Positions 12,438-24,555 of a stretch of DNA of 64,000 bases are shown here, piece after piece. A model generated the notes under the pieces. That model saw only the letters and a list, made by a program, of their open reading frames with translations, was not told the origin of the DNA and did no database searches. Origin of the DNA: Neoechinorhynchus agilis (Eukaryota; Animalia; Acanthocephala); contig CM121342.1 in assembly GCA_051530055.1 (NCBI GenBank), positions 16,250,771 through 16,314,770 on the forward strand, in the 5' to 3' direction. Position 1 is the stretch's first letter; each line of letters begins with the position of its first letter. The translations under genes were made by a program, and so were the position numbers.

Positions 12438-15400
12438 CTAATCTTCAAATGCCTCCTTGAGAAAACGTTCCTTTTCTTCGTTCAATCTTGCTTTATTTGC
12501 AGTTATGGGCGTCGAGCAGACTCGTCTTCCTGCATACTCAATTCCTTTCATTCCTCCGATTGCTTCGGAGATTCGATCGATTTTCGGTTTTACATACGCA
12601 AAAACGCCCATATTTTGATGCTCTTCCTGGACCCAAATCACTTTCTGGGCGGACTTATTCTTATTTAAGATATTTTCGACTTCCAAATGTGGAAAGGGTG
12701 TGATCTGCTCAAGTCGAACAATCCGTACATCCACGGATGTGAGAGAAAGCGAGTTTCTTCTCTCAAGTAATAACGGCAATCTTGTTTCAAATGAGTCTGA
12801 TCAAGTAAGATTACCGCTGTTGTTAAATCATAGAAGACTTTCCCACTGCAAAACATAATCTTCCTAGCTGGCTCTTCGTACACTTCATCGATTACACGCT
12901 GGAAACGCGTTTCTGGTAAAACATCATTTATCGAAGAATTCGCTGCTTGGTTACGCAATAGTGATTTGGGCGACAATACAATCAAAGGGCGAAGTACAGT
13001 CATGTGAGCGTGTCTCCGAAACATATGAAAATAGTTGGCAGCCGTTGAACAATTGACCATTATGAAATTTGAACGCTCAAGCTGTACTAAGGGATCGTGA
13101 CACAAAGCATGGTCAAACGGTTCATTCGTCATCTTAATATAAGTGCGCTTTAAAAGTTAATAAGCAAATCAAACCTGAAGATATCGCTCAGGTCGACTTG
13201 AACTATGTTCTGGTCCAGCCCCGTCCATGCCGTGAGGCAAAAGCATTATCATACTCGATTGATGATGCCATTTCGCGGCGCCGCTTACTACGTATTGATC
13301 GATTATGCACTGGGCGTTATTTGCGAAATCGCCATATTGAGCTTCCCAAATGCACAATGTGTTCGGAAGTTGAAGTGAGTATCCGTATTGATGGCCTATC
13401 ACGAGCAGAGGGGAAATATTGGGATCGTTGAAATCCACAAACTAATAGTTACCAAGCACCGCGTATTCGGACAAAGACGAGTTGTTCACGTCGAATCTGC
13501 CCGTTTCTCCTGGAAGCTCATTTAAAGGAATGCGAACTTTTCTCAGCTCATCACAATCGTGAATTACACAATGTCGATGTCTGTGTAGAATAATTTGATC
13601 AAATCGCACAGGAAAACCAGTGAGTGACTCACGCAAATGTCCCTCTTTCACAATCTTGTCCCGTCAATCGTATATTGATTCCCTCCATCAGGATTGTGCC
13701 AAAAGCAAGAGACTCAGCCAACGCAAAATCAATTTGATTATTGTTTTCGTATAGATTTAAACGACGTGACAACAAGCGCGACACAGCTTAAAAGGAATCG
13801 TTTGTGCGGTAACCAATTTAAGACTTACGTTTGGTTGCCTTAAATGAACCGGTGTCGGTTTGGCACACAGTATTGGCTATCGTAGTTAAAGTATTCACTT
13901 TGACTCCCGTTGATTCAAGTGCTCTATTTAGAGGTACTGGATGAATTGGTTGGTAAAAAATTACCCAGAGTCGTTGCAAACCTTCACAAAGTGGAACATC
14001 CCACCAGACTTTATCTTTTGGAATTTCGTCCTTCTTGGCAACTTCATAAGCTATGTTTAGTTTTTCATGATACTGATTGGCCCATTTCTACTTGTTGATT
14101 GGAGTAATATCAACGGCAACGGAACACTTTATTAACCTCATACTCTGATTGGGAAATAATCCCATCGCGTACACATTTTTCGAGGTAGATACTCAGAATA
14201 GATTTTCGATTTTCGATTTTCTTATACATTATTGGTTGTGTCGGCTTTGGATCATCGCCTTCGTTGTGACCGTATTTCCTGTAACCTGTGGCAGGTTTCT
14301 GCTGGCAGACGAGAACATGTATTTTTCAAACCGAAATTCACGATCGCTCTGCTACCTAACGCTTTATATGTTCCTGATTTTTAGCTCATCTTAAATTTAA
14401 ACTTATTTCTTCACTTAATAGTGCGAATGGAATGCGTTTTGGTTTAAAATACTGAAGGTTACACCAAGGTAATTAAGATCCAATCATTTTTTATTGCGCC
14501 CATATAAGAAAAAATATATGACTAATCACTTATTTTAGCTAGAGAGACATCGAAAATGAAAACACCATAAGAACGAAACATAGTAATGATGTTGCCCTAA
14601 AGGGAAAGTCCTTCATTGTGGACTACAAACAATAGGTTGGTTCATTGACTTCGAACGTCATTTAGTGGCGACCCCATTTTCGGAATAAGGAGAGACCTGC
14701 CTGACGACGTCCAGGACAACATCATGCCTGAACTTATTTCTCCACCCTGCGGCCAATTGACTTGCGTACAGTACTGCGTCCACGTCCTCTGCATTTATAT
14801 GGAAAACAGGAGCGTCCATTGCTTTTAACATGTCCGTACAATATCCACTTGAACAGTAAGCTTCGCGTTCAGCCGTGAACCCAAGCTGATTATTTGCTAC
14901 AATATGGACGATACCGTTTGAGGAAAATCCGGACAGGTTAGTCATTTGCGCTGACTCATACGCAACCCCTTGTCCAGCAACGGCCCCGTCTCCGTGCACG
15001 AGAATGCATAAACTTTTGTTCCCGTTCAAATCCCCGGATTCAATTTGAAGGGCCGTCGTGCGCCCTTGTGCGATAGGAGATATCGCTACAGAATTTGGTG
15101 TCAGCATATATTTATAATGATTTTAGGCCTACATTCAAGATGCGATGCATTCGATAACAAAGATATTCGCATTGTTTTTCCCGTTTCTGAATTTTGCCCT
15201 TCAAAATATCCCCCAAGATGATATTTTGAATCGCCAGCGCCTTCGTCGTATAATTGAACGTTTGGATTGAAAAGTTTGAAGAAGTCAGCTAGGTCGTGAT
15301 TGAGAACGTTGCAGACGACCGCCGATCTGCCTCTGCAGCAGCATCAGTGAGTTAATCAGTGTCGTAATAATCAATTGTTAAATACCTATGAGGCATCCCA

Positions 15401-16853
15401 ATCACAAAATCCTCCACGCCGAATCGAGATGATTGATTGATGATATTTGTCAAAGCTGGAATAAAAGATTCACATCCCTCGGCATAAAATACTGTCTCAA
15501 AGCGAAATTGCCGAGCAGTGTACTCTTCAAACCTTTGCGAATTATGATAAAAAGGGAAACAGAATGTGAACCTACAGAGAAGCTTTCATTAAATCCATCA
15601 AGCCAACCAATCGCGTCTGTTTATCCAACAAAAACTTACCCTTTTCAATCTTTTCCCGTATCCACTCACGCATCTCCAATTTATGAAGATGCATGTATTC
15701 GACGCCCAAATTTCCGCAATAAATACCCTATTATTCTTTAAAAAATTATCCTTAAGTAGACAAAATTACCTTCAAATTGTTTGTAAAGTCATCGACAGTC
15801 TGAATGGTATCGTCAAATCCAATTACGCTCATGTCAGGTGATATCTTGTATAAAGAAGGATCCAATTCAGTTGCTGGAGATAAGAATCTATCGGCTCGAA
15901 ACATGCCCAACGGATCGATCGAAGCCGCACGATGACCAAAACTCTAACTATGTCGATGAGCAAAGCGCAAAAGGGTGCTAAAATCTTACCCTATAAGAGT
16001 TTACAATTTCGTTAATAGCCACGCGTCGATCAATATTGATTACTGATGATGTCGATGATTTTCGCGGTTGTTTTCTTGCAAAATATTTTCCCCAAGACTA
16101 AATAGGGTTCTTCAATATTTTAGGAAATTGTTTATAATGTAAAAAGCCTTTTAATTGGAGAAGAATAGCAACATTTTTATCTTTACATTGAAGAAATGGT
16201 TTGCGCGCTACTACTTCCATATCAAATTGAATGGAGAAAATACGATTTAAATGTTTTGCTCTGTAATACAATAATTTCAGTGATTGGAGTGAAATAGTAT
16301 GACATAGTTACGGTACCGCTAAGCCGTTTTAATCAGAAGTACCGATAATAAAGAAGACAATGTTAGCTGATTCTGTAGTGGGTCTACTAATTTTGTGCCA
16401 TTTGTTACGACTGAGTAGGCCCGACGAACATTACGGTCTTACTGACAAATGTCTTAATGATTTTTTCGAATTTTCTGATCCATAACCAAGACAGCTCTGC
16501 TTACGCATTCTTAATGGCGGTCCAAAGGTGACCAATATCCAGTTTCAAAAGAAATTATTAGTTAAAGATACTGAGACACATTGTGGTAATTGAGAATTAG
16601 TGCCTGAAAAGTATAAATGAACATTTGATTGATAAAAAACAGTAGAGGTATACTGTATTCTTAAATATTTTTTAGACGTGGTGACTTAGAAGGATTTTTG
16701 CCTTTAAATTCGACTTACCGAATGAACTTTGGCAGGATCCGTTTTCCATCGAAGATACAAATCATTGACGTAACTGGTGGACGAGAACTTCGACTGATGA
16801 CGGATGCTAGTATGAGCCAAGTACGCGGAGTACAATTTGAGTGAAGAAGGCAT
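12438..16853 (-). CDS. OGDH: 2-oxoglutarate dehydrogenase E1-like, multi-exon, divergent
   Basis: Motifs [119 protein letters not shown] introns include 13133-13174, 13396-13452, 13581-13632 and 16098-16718. Two hairpin-bounded interruptions are listed separately. Confidence 0.9.
12770..12823 (-). other. TA-flanked hairpin intervening sequence (54 nt) in OGDH
   Basis: TA at 12768-69 and 12824-25. Sense-strand GCGGTAATCTT pairs with AAGATTGCCGT. Removal plus one TA gives KVFYDLLERRN. Confidence 0.7.
14289..14702 (-). other. Hairpin-bounded intervening sequence (414 nt) in OGDH, with degenerate flanks TC/CA
   Basis: Ends GGCAGGTCTCT and AGAAACCTGCC pair at 10/11 positions. Symmetric 416-nt removal gives GT|A and the sequence [16 protein letters not shown]. 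Confidence 0.7.
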
Positions 16854-19103
16854 TTTCCTCGAGTGTACTCGCTGTCAGATCTAATGGAAGAGATAGAGCG
16901 CTTGGGTCTTATGCAATAAAGTGTTAAGGTTGAAGATTGCGTGACGTGTCTGATCTTCTAGAGATCGTACCTTTAAATCAAAGCCTATTCAATGACATAC
17001 CAAATATTTCTCAAAGCTTGTCGCTTTACTCAAAATTCTACAACGGACTCAGTTGCTATCTGGGGCGCATAATGAATCCCTGAAAATGATTCTGGATTCG
17101 TGCGCACACATTTGGGGGAATCGCGATCAAGAATGCGTGGATGAGCAGATATCGCACTTTTTCTGGAGTTCAGGAAGGATCTTGAGTTGCGATTATGCGT
17201 CTGGATAAATCACTATTAAATATGTAGAGAATGTACAGCTGCAGCGGCACATCAGGGACACGAAATTCTGAATTTACGAACATCAACAAGCATTTTATGG
17301 AACTTATTCCAAATTAAAGATTAAACAGCTTCTGTTCATAGCCATCAACGTTTCGCAAACAAAAAATAATCTTCAACTCTTATGATAGGGATTCGGATAA
17401 CGAAGAAAAGTATTGAACTCAAAAGAGTGCTCGCCACCAAATAAAGACTAGTCACAGGCAACAAATCTTTCCCCATATCAACCACGTTCGAACTACTATT
17501 GAGTCAAACCCAGTGAATCCATAAAACACGAAGCATGAGAAAATATGACAGTAACCGTCAGACAAAGAAAAACAAATATTGCACCACTAACCATGAGTTT
17601 CTTTTCGGGGCTAAAAAATTGCTGCATTCACAATTTACTAGAAACAGTCGGCTCATCGATCAAAAAAGAGGAAAATTTCCAATTGTCAAGCAAGGCGCAC
17701 CACTTTCCCCAACAAACGTCCCATGTTCATAAAAAAAGGTTAAATCGTATCGTTCATTTCAATTCGGCATGTGCGTCAAACGACCACACTTTTTGTGGCT
17801 GGAATCGCGATGCAAACAAAAACGCTTATCTACTACAAAACAAAGATAATAGAAAATGAAAACTGCAACATCAATAGTTGAACATAATGATTTTAGGCGG
17901 GGAAACGGATATCATCTAAATGATACTGAACAGTTGTACTAAATTGAAGTATGTTCCGATCATATAAAGAATTTTTGCGCGAGGAAGAGCAATTTAAAAT
18001 TTATCCATGTTCATAATCTAGGTACTAAACTGGAATTGGCAATTAAATCAATGCGAACTTTTCAAACTTCTCGATGCTTCAATTCGATAGCGAGTTCTGG
18101 CAGTATAAAGAAAAACGCACTGTCAAGCAATGCTGAAGAAAAACTCGATGTGAGAATAAAAGACGTTACTCTTCTAAACGGAGAATGCACTCGCCCTTTT
18201 TGATTTCAGCAAGCGATGACAATTTTTAGGGTTTTCAAGTGCCCTATCGCACTGTTAAAAATATATGGTCAACAACAAGTAGCCACACTTTAGGAGTTAC
18301 AATTGTGCGTTGGCGAATCCTGCCCCCGGTGCTTTCGTTACTCATTTATATTCGAAATATTTCACAAGGTTTTCCTTGCCTCTTCAGTCGATATACATAC
18401 AATATTGTTAATGGAAATCCCACCTTCTGAAATTGTATGGGCGTTTAAATACTGAAAAATGTTGAACAAAACTAAGAACGCAATGTATAAAGTCCATTAA
18501 TTTGATCAAAATTTTATATTTGTATCGAGAAACTCAAAGATAACGTCATTTACTAGTTCTATTTTCCATCGAGAAACTCAAAGATAACGAGGAAATAAAA
18601 TCAATTCATTGAGTGAGAAATCTTACAGAAAGACAACGTTTTGGATCACACGCGGAAAAGTGGACCGTTTGAAGCGAAGGGAGAAGACAAGAGCGTTATA
18701 CGGATTTAATGTGACAAGTTGATTATGCAACTGGCAACAGACGAAGTTCCCTTTGTAAAAAGAGAGGGACAAGAGACCAAAAGATGACGGAAAACTTACG
18801 CACATAATAAAAATGCCTTGTCTAAGTTATTGCAAGTGTCTAGAAAAAGATCGAATTTACCAGCAGCAAATCATGTTAACAATTTGCAATGATCTCTTGA
18901 TTTAAGCGCCGAATGATTAAAGCCGATTAGAGATCTGAATATATTCCAGATACATCTTATCGATGCTTTTGTTATTGATTGACATCCAGTTCACATACTC
19001 GATATGGTGAACATATTTTACCATATGAAATGCAATGTCCTCAAAGTTGCATCCAAGCAATATTTTAACGTCTAATACGATTTATTTAAGTGATCAATCA
19101 ATC

Positions 19104-21075
19104 TTAAGAAGAACGTTCCATAGTTTCACAGGGTGTAACCTGTAGACACTGCCTTCCAGCCTCTGCCAATAGCAACCGAGTGCTTTGATCCAAAGTGAGA
19201 AAATTTATGGCATCACGAATCCAGTCTCCAAACGCACGTTTTGGCTCACCTTTCAAGAAATTCAAAATTTTAACCGCATCAAGAAGATCGTCACGATTAC
19301 CAGTGTCAACGGCTTGACTAGCAGCATCAATCAATTCAACGTTTGTCAATGTTTCGAGGTCCGTTTCGTCGATATTCGGTTTGGTTCGACCAAAGTGTGG
19401 AATGAGTGCATTAAAATAAGAATAAAGGTAATCTATTAAACGACGATGGTTGTCATCTACGTAGGCTACTCGCTTAGATATCCGAGCTACTCTTTTAAAA
19501 CGTTTTCTCAGCTCAGTGTCGTTTTCAATACCGAAAACTGGAGCATTCACTATTGTTTCTTTGATAATGTCAGTAATAAAATCAATAAACGCCTTATCCC
19601 CAACACTTCTTGTGTCTGAGTTTACTCGAATTACAGTTTCAAGCATTTGGAACCGATGCGGTGATGAAAGGAGGAGTTCACGTAGGCGACTATGGATGCT
19701 GAATGTCAGTTTTTTTCAAGGCAATGAAAACATTAACATGGATTAACAAGATCATAAGAACTAGTGAATGCACCATATAACAGACTAACAAATTGAGCGA
19801 ACTGCAATGCTCAAAACTGTTAAAAAAAGCTTCTGACAAACAAATAAATAAATGACATTCAGATCAGGTAGAAGTTAGCCACAAGCTTTGAGTCTTTTGC
19901 TGCCTTCGCTCAAGATCTATCCGTCTCTCTAGGATGTTCTCCAGTGCACTTACTTTAGCGTTTAAAACATACAAATCCTTTCTTAGTTCAAGTTTCTCTT
20001 CTGCCCTCATCTCTTCCAATCGATGCTCATACAATTCAGTCAATCGTTTCTGCTCTTCGTCCATTATAGAACCAAGTCACTCTTTTATTGCGCGAACACC
20101 TTAAAAAAGAGTGAGTTTCCTCGCTAAAGAAGCATACTGGTCTGACAAAAGGGTTGCCTGTTCATCCAGTTGCTCATCGAGCAAACGTTGTGATTCCTTT
20201 GTCAATTCTGCGTTAATCTCCTCCCTTATGGAAGGAAATTTCGAGTCAAGCACCAACTGAACGCGCTGATTAAGATCTCTTTCAATCAGTAACTGCCTAA
20301 ATGCCTTTTCTTCGGCCAAACGCCTGCTCAATTCAAGCACTGATTCGTGAGCACGAACAAGTAGGAGTTTTGACAATGGGCCAACATCGACAGAACCTCC
20401 AAAAGCATTCTGGGCGTCATTGAAAAGTAATTGGAAACGTTCAATCAACGAACTAGGATCATATAGTTCACGTAGACCATTTAAGCGCCTTTCAAAATAT
20501 TCTCTCAATTCGATTATCTTACTTTGATAGTGACCAGTCTCACCGAGCTGACTGAGTTCCTTCAAAACTGCTTCGCAGACCCCAAAGCACTCCATTAATT
20601 CATGATGTCCCGGTATGGTTTTTTCAATGCTGCATTGATTATGACTCCAATCGATCAAAAACGAATAATAATCGTCGAAATGACTTAAGGCGATATCAAG
20701 ACATTTGGTAAATTTTGCTGTTATCTCGTTCATACGCTCCTTGACTTCATCGGCACTCATTACGACTTTATCAGCGGGTTTAACGAACGCGAGCTCAACG
20801 GTTTCCTTTAGTTGATCATTATCCTCTTTTTGGAGCGGTGAAGGTAAAGTTTCAATTTGTGCAATTTTCTTGCTGCTTCCAACATCTATATAGGAAATAT
20901 ATCCCATCAACTGTTTGCGAAACTCGGCATCGTAAAGTCCATAAATAACCGCGGATGCAACTGTCGTCCCAGTTGCAAATAAGATTGCTCTTTTTATAGA
21001 AAGACTCTGTCTGGGGGATTGGGTGCTATATGAGCGAGAAATAACTTTATGGACTGAAATAAATCGACAAATCAT
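19104..21075 (-). CDS. IMMT: MICOS subunit MIC60/mitofilin (3' end uncertain)
   Basis: Presequence-like N-terminus, TM segment (ILFATGTTVASAVIYGLYDAEFRK), coiled coil, QSLWL, ELRKRFKRVARISKRVAYV and mitofilin C-terminus DDLLDAVKILNFLKGEPKRAFGDWIRDA. Confidence 0.85.
19693..19868 (-). other. TA-flanked hairpin intervening sequence (176 nt) in MIC60
   Basis: TA at 19691-92 and 19869-70. Perfect 10-bp inverted repeat CTGAATGTCA/TGACATTCAG lies 6 nt inside each TA. Removal gives QSLWLTSSRLRELL. Confidence 0.8.
20067..20124 (-). other. TA-flanked hairpin intervening sequence (58 nt) in MIC60
   Basis: TA at 20065-66 and 20125-26. Perfect TCACTCTTTT/AAAAGAGTGA lies 10 nt inside each TA. Contains in-frame TAA and TGA. 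Removal gives QYASLMDEEQKRL. Confidence 0.85.
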
Positions 21076-22385
21076 CTGCAAAAAGTAGTAAACTAAATTT
21101 TTGTTGAGAACAACACACAAACATCTTAAATGTGACTTAAATCATTTTGAATTTGCACTCACATCAATTGTATTCAATCATTCAAGGTTTTCTGCAAATT
21201 AAATATATTTGAATTTGAGCGAAAAGCTGCGCTAATATCAGTTAAACACACTTGTTTAACGGTATATTATGTGAATTTATATGACCAATTAAATACCATT
21301 TTCGATTGCAAGTTGTCTTATAATATAAATTTCTAAAAAGACTTAGCAAACACAAAGGAACTATAATTTTGATTCTTTATGGCCGAAAATATTCCGTCAA
21401 AAAGGCTGAGATAACTCACATTTTATAAAGATTTAAATAAATTAAATAATTTCGAGTTTTCGCTATTTCCACATGAATAGCGATCGTCATATCACTTCCA
21501 TAATGAAGGAATTAAAAGATCGAGCAAATTTATACACGGGTTTGCAGATTGGGCGCTTGTCTGATATCTGAGGACAAAAGATTTCTTTTCTTGTTTGTTT
21601 CTCTATGCTAAAGACTTTCGAGGTTGATTTTCTACCCGAACTGGAGAATTGGCCTTCTTGTCCAGATTCTTTAAGTCCAGTTGAAGCCCAAAACAAGGTT
21701 TAATCATTGAGCTGCTATATTAGATTAGGAAGCATAATGTGCGTTTCTGTTGATATTAAGATTTAAATTACAATTCCTAGTTTGTTGGTCCCTCAAAGAG
21801 CAGCAATGGAATGTCCATGTTGACTGGAAATTGAATTTTTATACTTCCTGAGCGCGAGCGATATGTTCTTTACAAAATGGACGGCACAGCACTAAACACT
21901 TATTGAACTCGATCAATACTTATCGCCCCATTATTTTAGCCAATACGACTCTCTATGCATTGGATTCATTAAATCCAGAGGTTCAGTGTCTTGATGCAAA
22001 CACCTTATCTCAAAACGTTTACTGCGTTCTCAAACACTGAAGGAATGTTCAAACTTTGATTCGGTAATCACTTTGTTGAAAAATATGGGGTACCGTTTAC
22101 ATTTTAAAAATTGTAAATTCAATGTATGGCAAACTCCACAAAAATAAATAATTCGTACCCACGTTTCAGATATAGAATGCCGTTAGAAAGCCTAAGTTGA
22201 AATCAAGCGCTTTTCAATCGCCAATGTGTTGTCTAAAATACTCGATATGGAGAAAATTGACATTAATCAATACCTTTAAGACTGCCACTAATATGCTCTT
22301 ATTTGCAATATTTTTATTAACTCCATTTCAAAATTCCAAAGGTAACGCGAAAAATTGCATTCATCTTCAATTTCCGTCGATACTG

Positions 22386-22727
22386 TCAGTTCCAGTTCTT
22401 TACTCTATTACTCAAGTTGGATTCAGTAAAATTGGTAATTAATTCCTGATCGTTCGGATAAGAATGCTGAAAAACTAGAACAATCAATCGACTTATTCGC
22501 GACACAGATGAATCAAATGCTGGGATTGCTATTCCAGTCGCGCGTAGAACACCAAAGCATCCCAAGTGTACTGAAAGCGAGCCTTGACGCCACCCAGGGT
22601 CGGAAAGGTCAACATCTAAAATTCCAGTCATTATGCGACGGATCTCATCGTCGAAAGCGGGAAGGGTTTCAATTTGGAAGCACGGTTCAAAGTGGAGAAG
22701 GAGATTCATTTCGGTAGGACTAATCAA
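22386..22727 (-). mobile_element. Fragment of a CRE-like non-LTR retrotransposon (RT C-terminal region)
   Basis: FDDEIRRIMTGILDVDLSDPGWRQGSLSVHLGCFG aligns with LDGVIRKQLGHILNVKFSDTGWRQATFPTAHGGLG in ORF 36297-38168. Confidence 0.75.
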
Positions 22728-23326
22728 TGTAAAAGCATGAAGTTGGCATATTGCTTGTGTGCGTCAAGTTACCAAGCATTACTGCCGCAAAAAGCGAAGA
22801 CTGAGAATATATGAGATAAAAAACTCGCATTCCAACGGCGAGTATACCTGAATCGCTCCTAGTGAAAAAATAATTAAAACTCCAATAGTTTATCAAAAGT
22901 TATCGAATTAGAAGGAGAAAATGAGCGGCTGTAATGAACAGTATAGCGGTGCCAAGTAGAAGAAATCGTCCTTAAACATAGAAAACAATCCACGTTTACA
23001 AAATAACCTTTAGCTTAGAAACAATAGGTCCCATAAACTCATGGGAGTTGCTCAATGTCAGTAGAACCTGTTTTCAAAACTCCTTGGGGATAAAAGAAGG
23101 CAAGTCGGATTGGCTAATCATTGATCATCAAGAGCTAACTCGTGAACTCAAATGAACTTCTACGCTATCGCTTTCGCTTCTGTTATAATCGCCATTGCAT
23201 CCTGCGCCGGACAATGCGGCCTTCCAGTACAATGCAGAGAAGAACCGATCTGTAGTGTCGACCTAGCTGAAAGCATCGTCCGGACGTTCAAAGTTGTAGT
23301 AGAACGAACACCGAATACCCGCGGTT

Positions 23327-23480
23327 AACAATGCGCTCAAAAGAAGTCAGTCTGCGAACCGGAGACAGAATGTCAACAATGCGCTCAAAGGACGGCGGTC
23401 TGCGAACAGGAGACAGAATATCAACAATACGCCCAAAGGACGCCAGTCTGCGAACCGGAGACAGTTTGCGAACAGGAGCC
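23327..23480 (+). repeat. 48-bp minisatellite, about 3 copies
   Basis: AACAATGCGCTCAAA... units start at 23327, 23375 and 23423. Confidence 0.85.
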
Positions 23481-23579
23481 AGTCCACAAAATGGAATCAG
23501 TTTTATAGCCATCCGTGCAAAAATCGCCCTCGGCGCCGGCCTTTGCGATGCCAGTGGTTAGAATAACATTCCTCCAACC

Positions 23580-24555
23580 GAAATCGGACCCTATACAAAG
23601 TTCAATTCAGGAAGGTCGCGATGGCGCTCAGCAGGAGCCAATTTGTGAGGAAAGAGGTTCCAAAATCTGTTTCAGCTCGGTACGATATCCTTCCTCGATG
23701 TCCTTGTGAATCGACATCATGATGGAACGGTGACTTCGAGTCTTTATCGAAAATCCAAGGTACCATGGTGACCATCGGAATGGACAAGTCATCTACCTAT
23801 TCAGGACAAGATAAGGGTGGCACGTTCATATTTCCGTAGAGCCCTGAACATTTGGTCGTCCAACCCCATTTGGTCCAATGAAAGGAATAACATCATCAAG
23901 GTCCTGCGGTTAAGGGGATATCCTAAGTGGGCTATTGATATGGCCAGAAAACGTATCAGGCGACGACCCGATCAACGCAATAACGATTAATCGCACATTC
24001 TTTCATCAGTGAAGAGGCCACTAACAAACTACGGACCTTACAAAGAATACAGAATACGTACATGCGGAGTCTACGAAATAGGATGTTCGGAATGCGATAA
24101 AAAGTATATTGGACAGACGAAGCAAGGTCTGAGCAAACGCATCCAACAGCACAAATACGCGTGTAGGCGTTTCGATCAATCTTCGGCAATATCTAACCAT
24201 GAGCAGACATCTCAACACCGTGTTGATTTTGACGGTGCTACTATGATTATGGTCGAAGCGAACTGGAGGCAGACTCGTGTATGAGGTCATACACATTGCA
24301 GCGAACTGGACAATGGGGGGAAACAAGGCGAACTTTAGTCTCGCACTCCCAATCAACGATTTAAAGCTCAAAGAAAGCCGAACATTGCGCAGGGGTTCGG
24401 GGGGACATTAACTCCCCGAATCACGGGCACCGCTAACCCGCGCTCCTGAGCCTAAGGTAACCCGCATACAAACCAATTTGTGAATGTCTGACGAGGTGGA
24501 TTTTGTCCACGAAATATTAAGCAATAAAAATGAGTCTCGGTGTTTGATCCGCACA
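23580..24555 (+). mobile_element. Decayed Penelope-like element: RT end, thumb, GIY-YIG and terminal-repeat region
   Basis: FLDVLVNRH...SSLYRK; SHLPIQDKIRVARSYFRRAL...LRLRGYPKW; GVYEIGCSECDKKYIGQTKQGLSKRIQQH. Confidence 0.85.
24488..24530 (+). ncRNA. Hammerhead-ribozyme-like core of the Penelope terminal-repeat type
   Basis: CTGACGA-G-GTGGA/TTTTG/TCCAC-GAAA-TATT; stem I could not be resolved by eye. Confidence 0.5.

Noticed and set aside
16900-17900. Fragmentary minus-strand reading frames upstream of OGDH
   Set aside because: No consistent gene model or recognisable homology could be assembled by eye.
21473-21700. ORF with a single in-frame TGA (possible selenocysteine or another TA element)
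   Set aside because: The in-frame TA pair lacks symmetric pairing, a 33-nt GT-AG intron can remove the stop, and no SECIS or homology was recognised.
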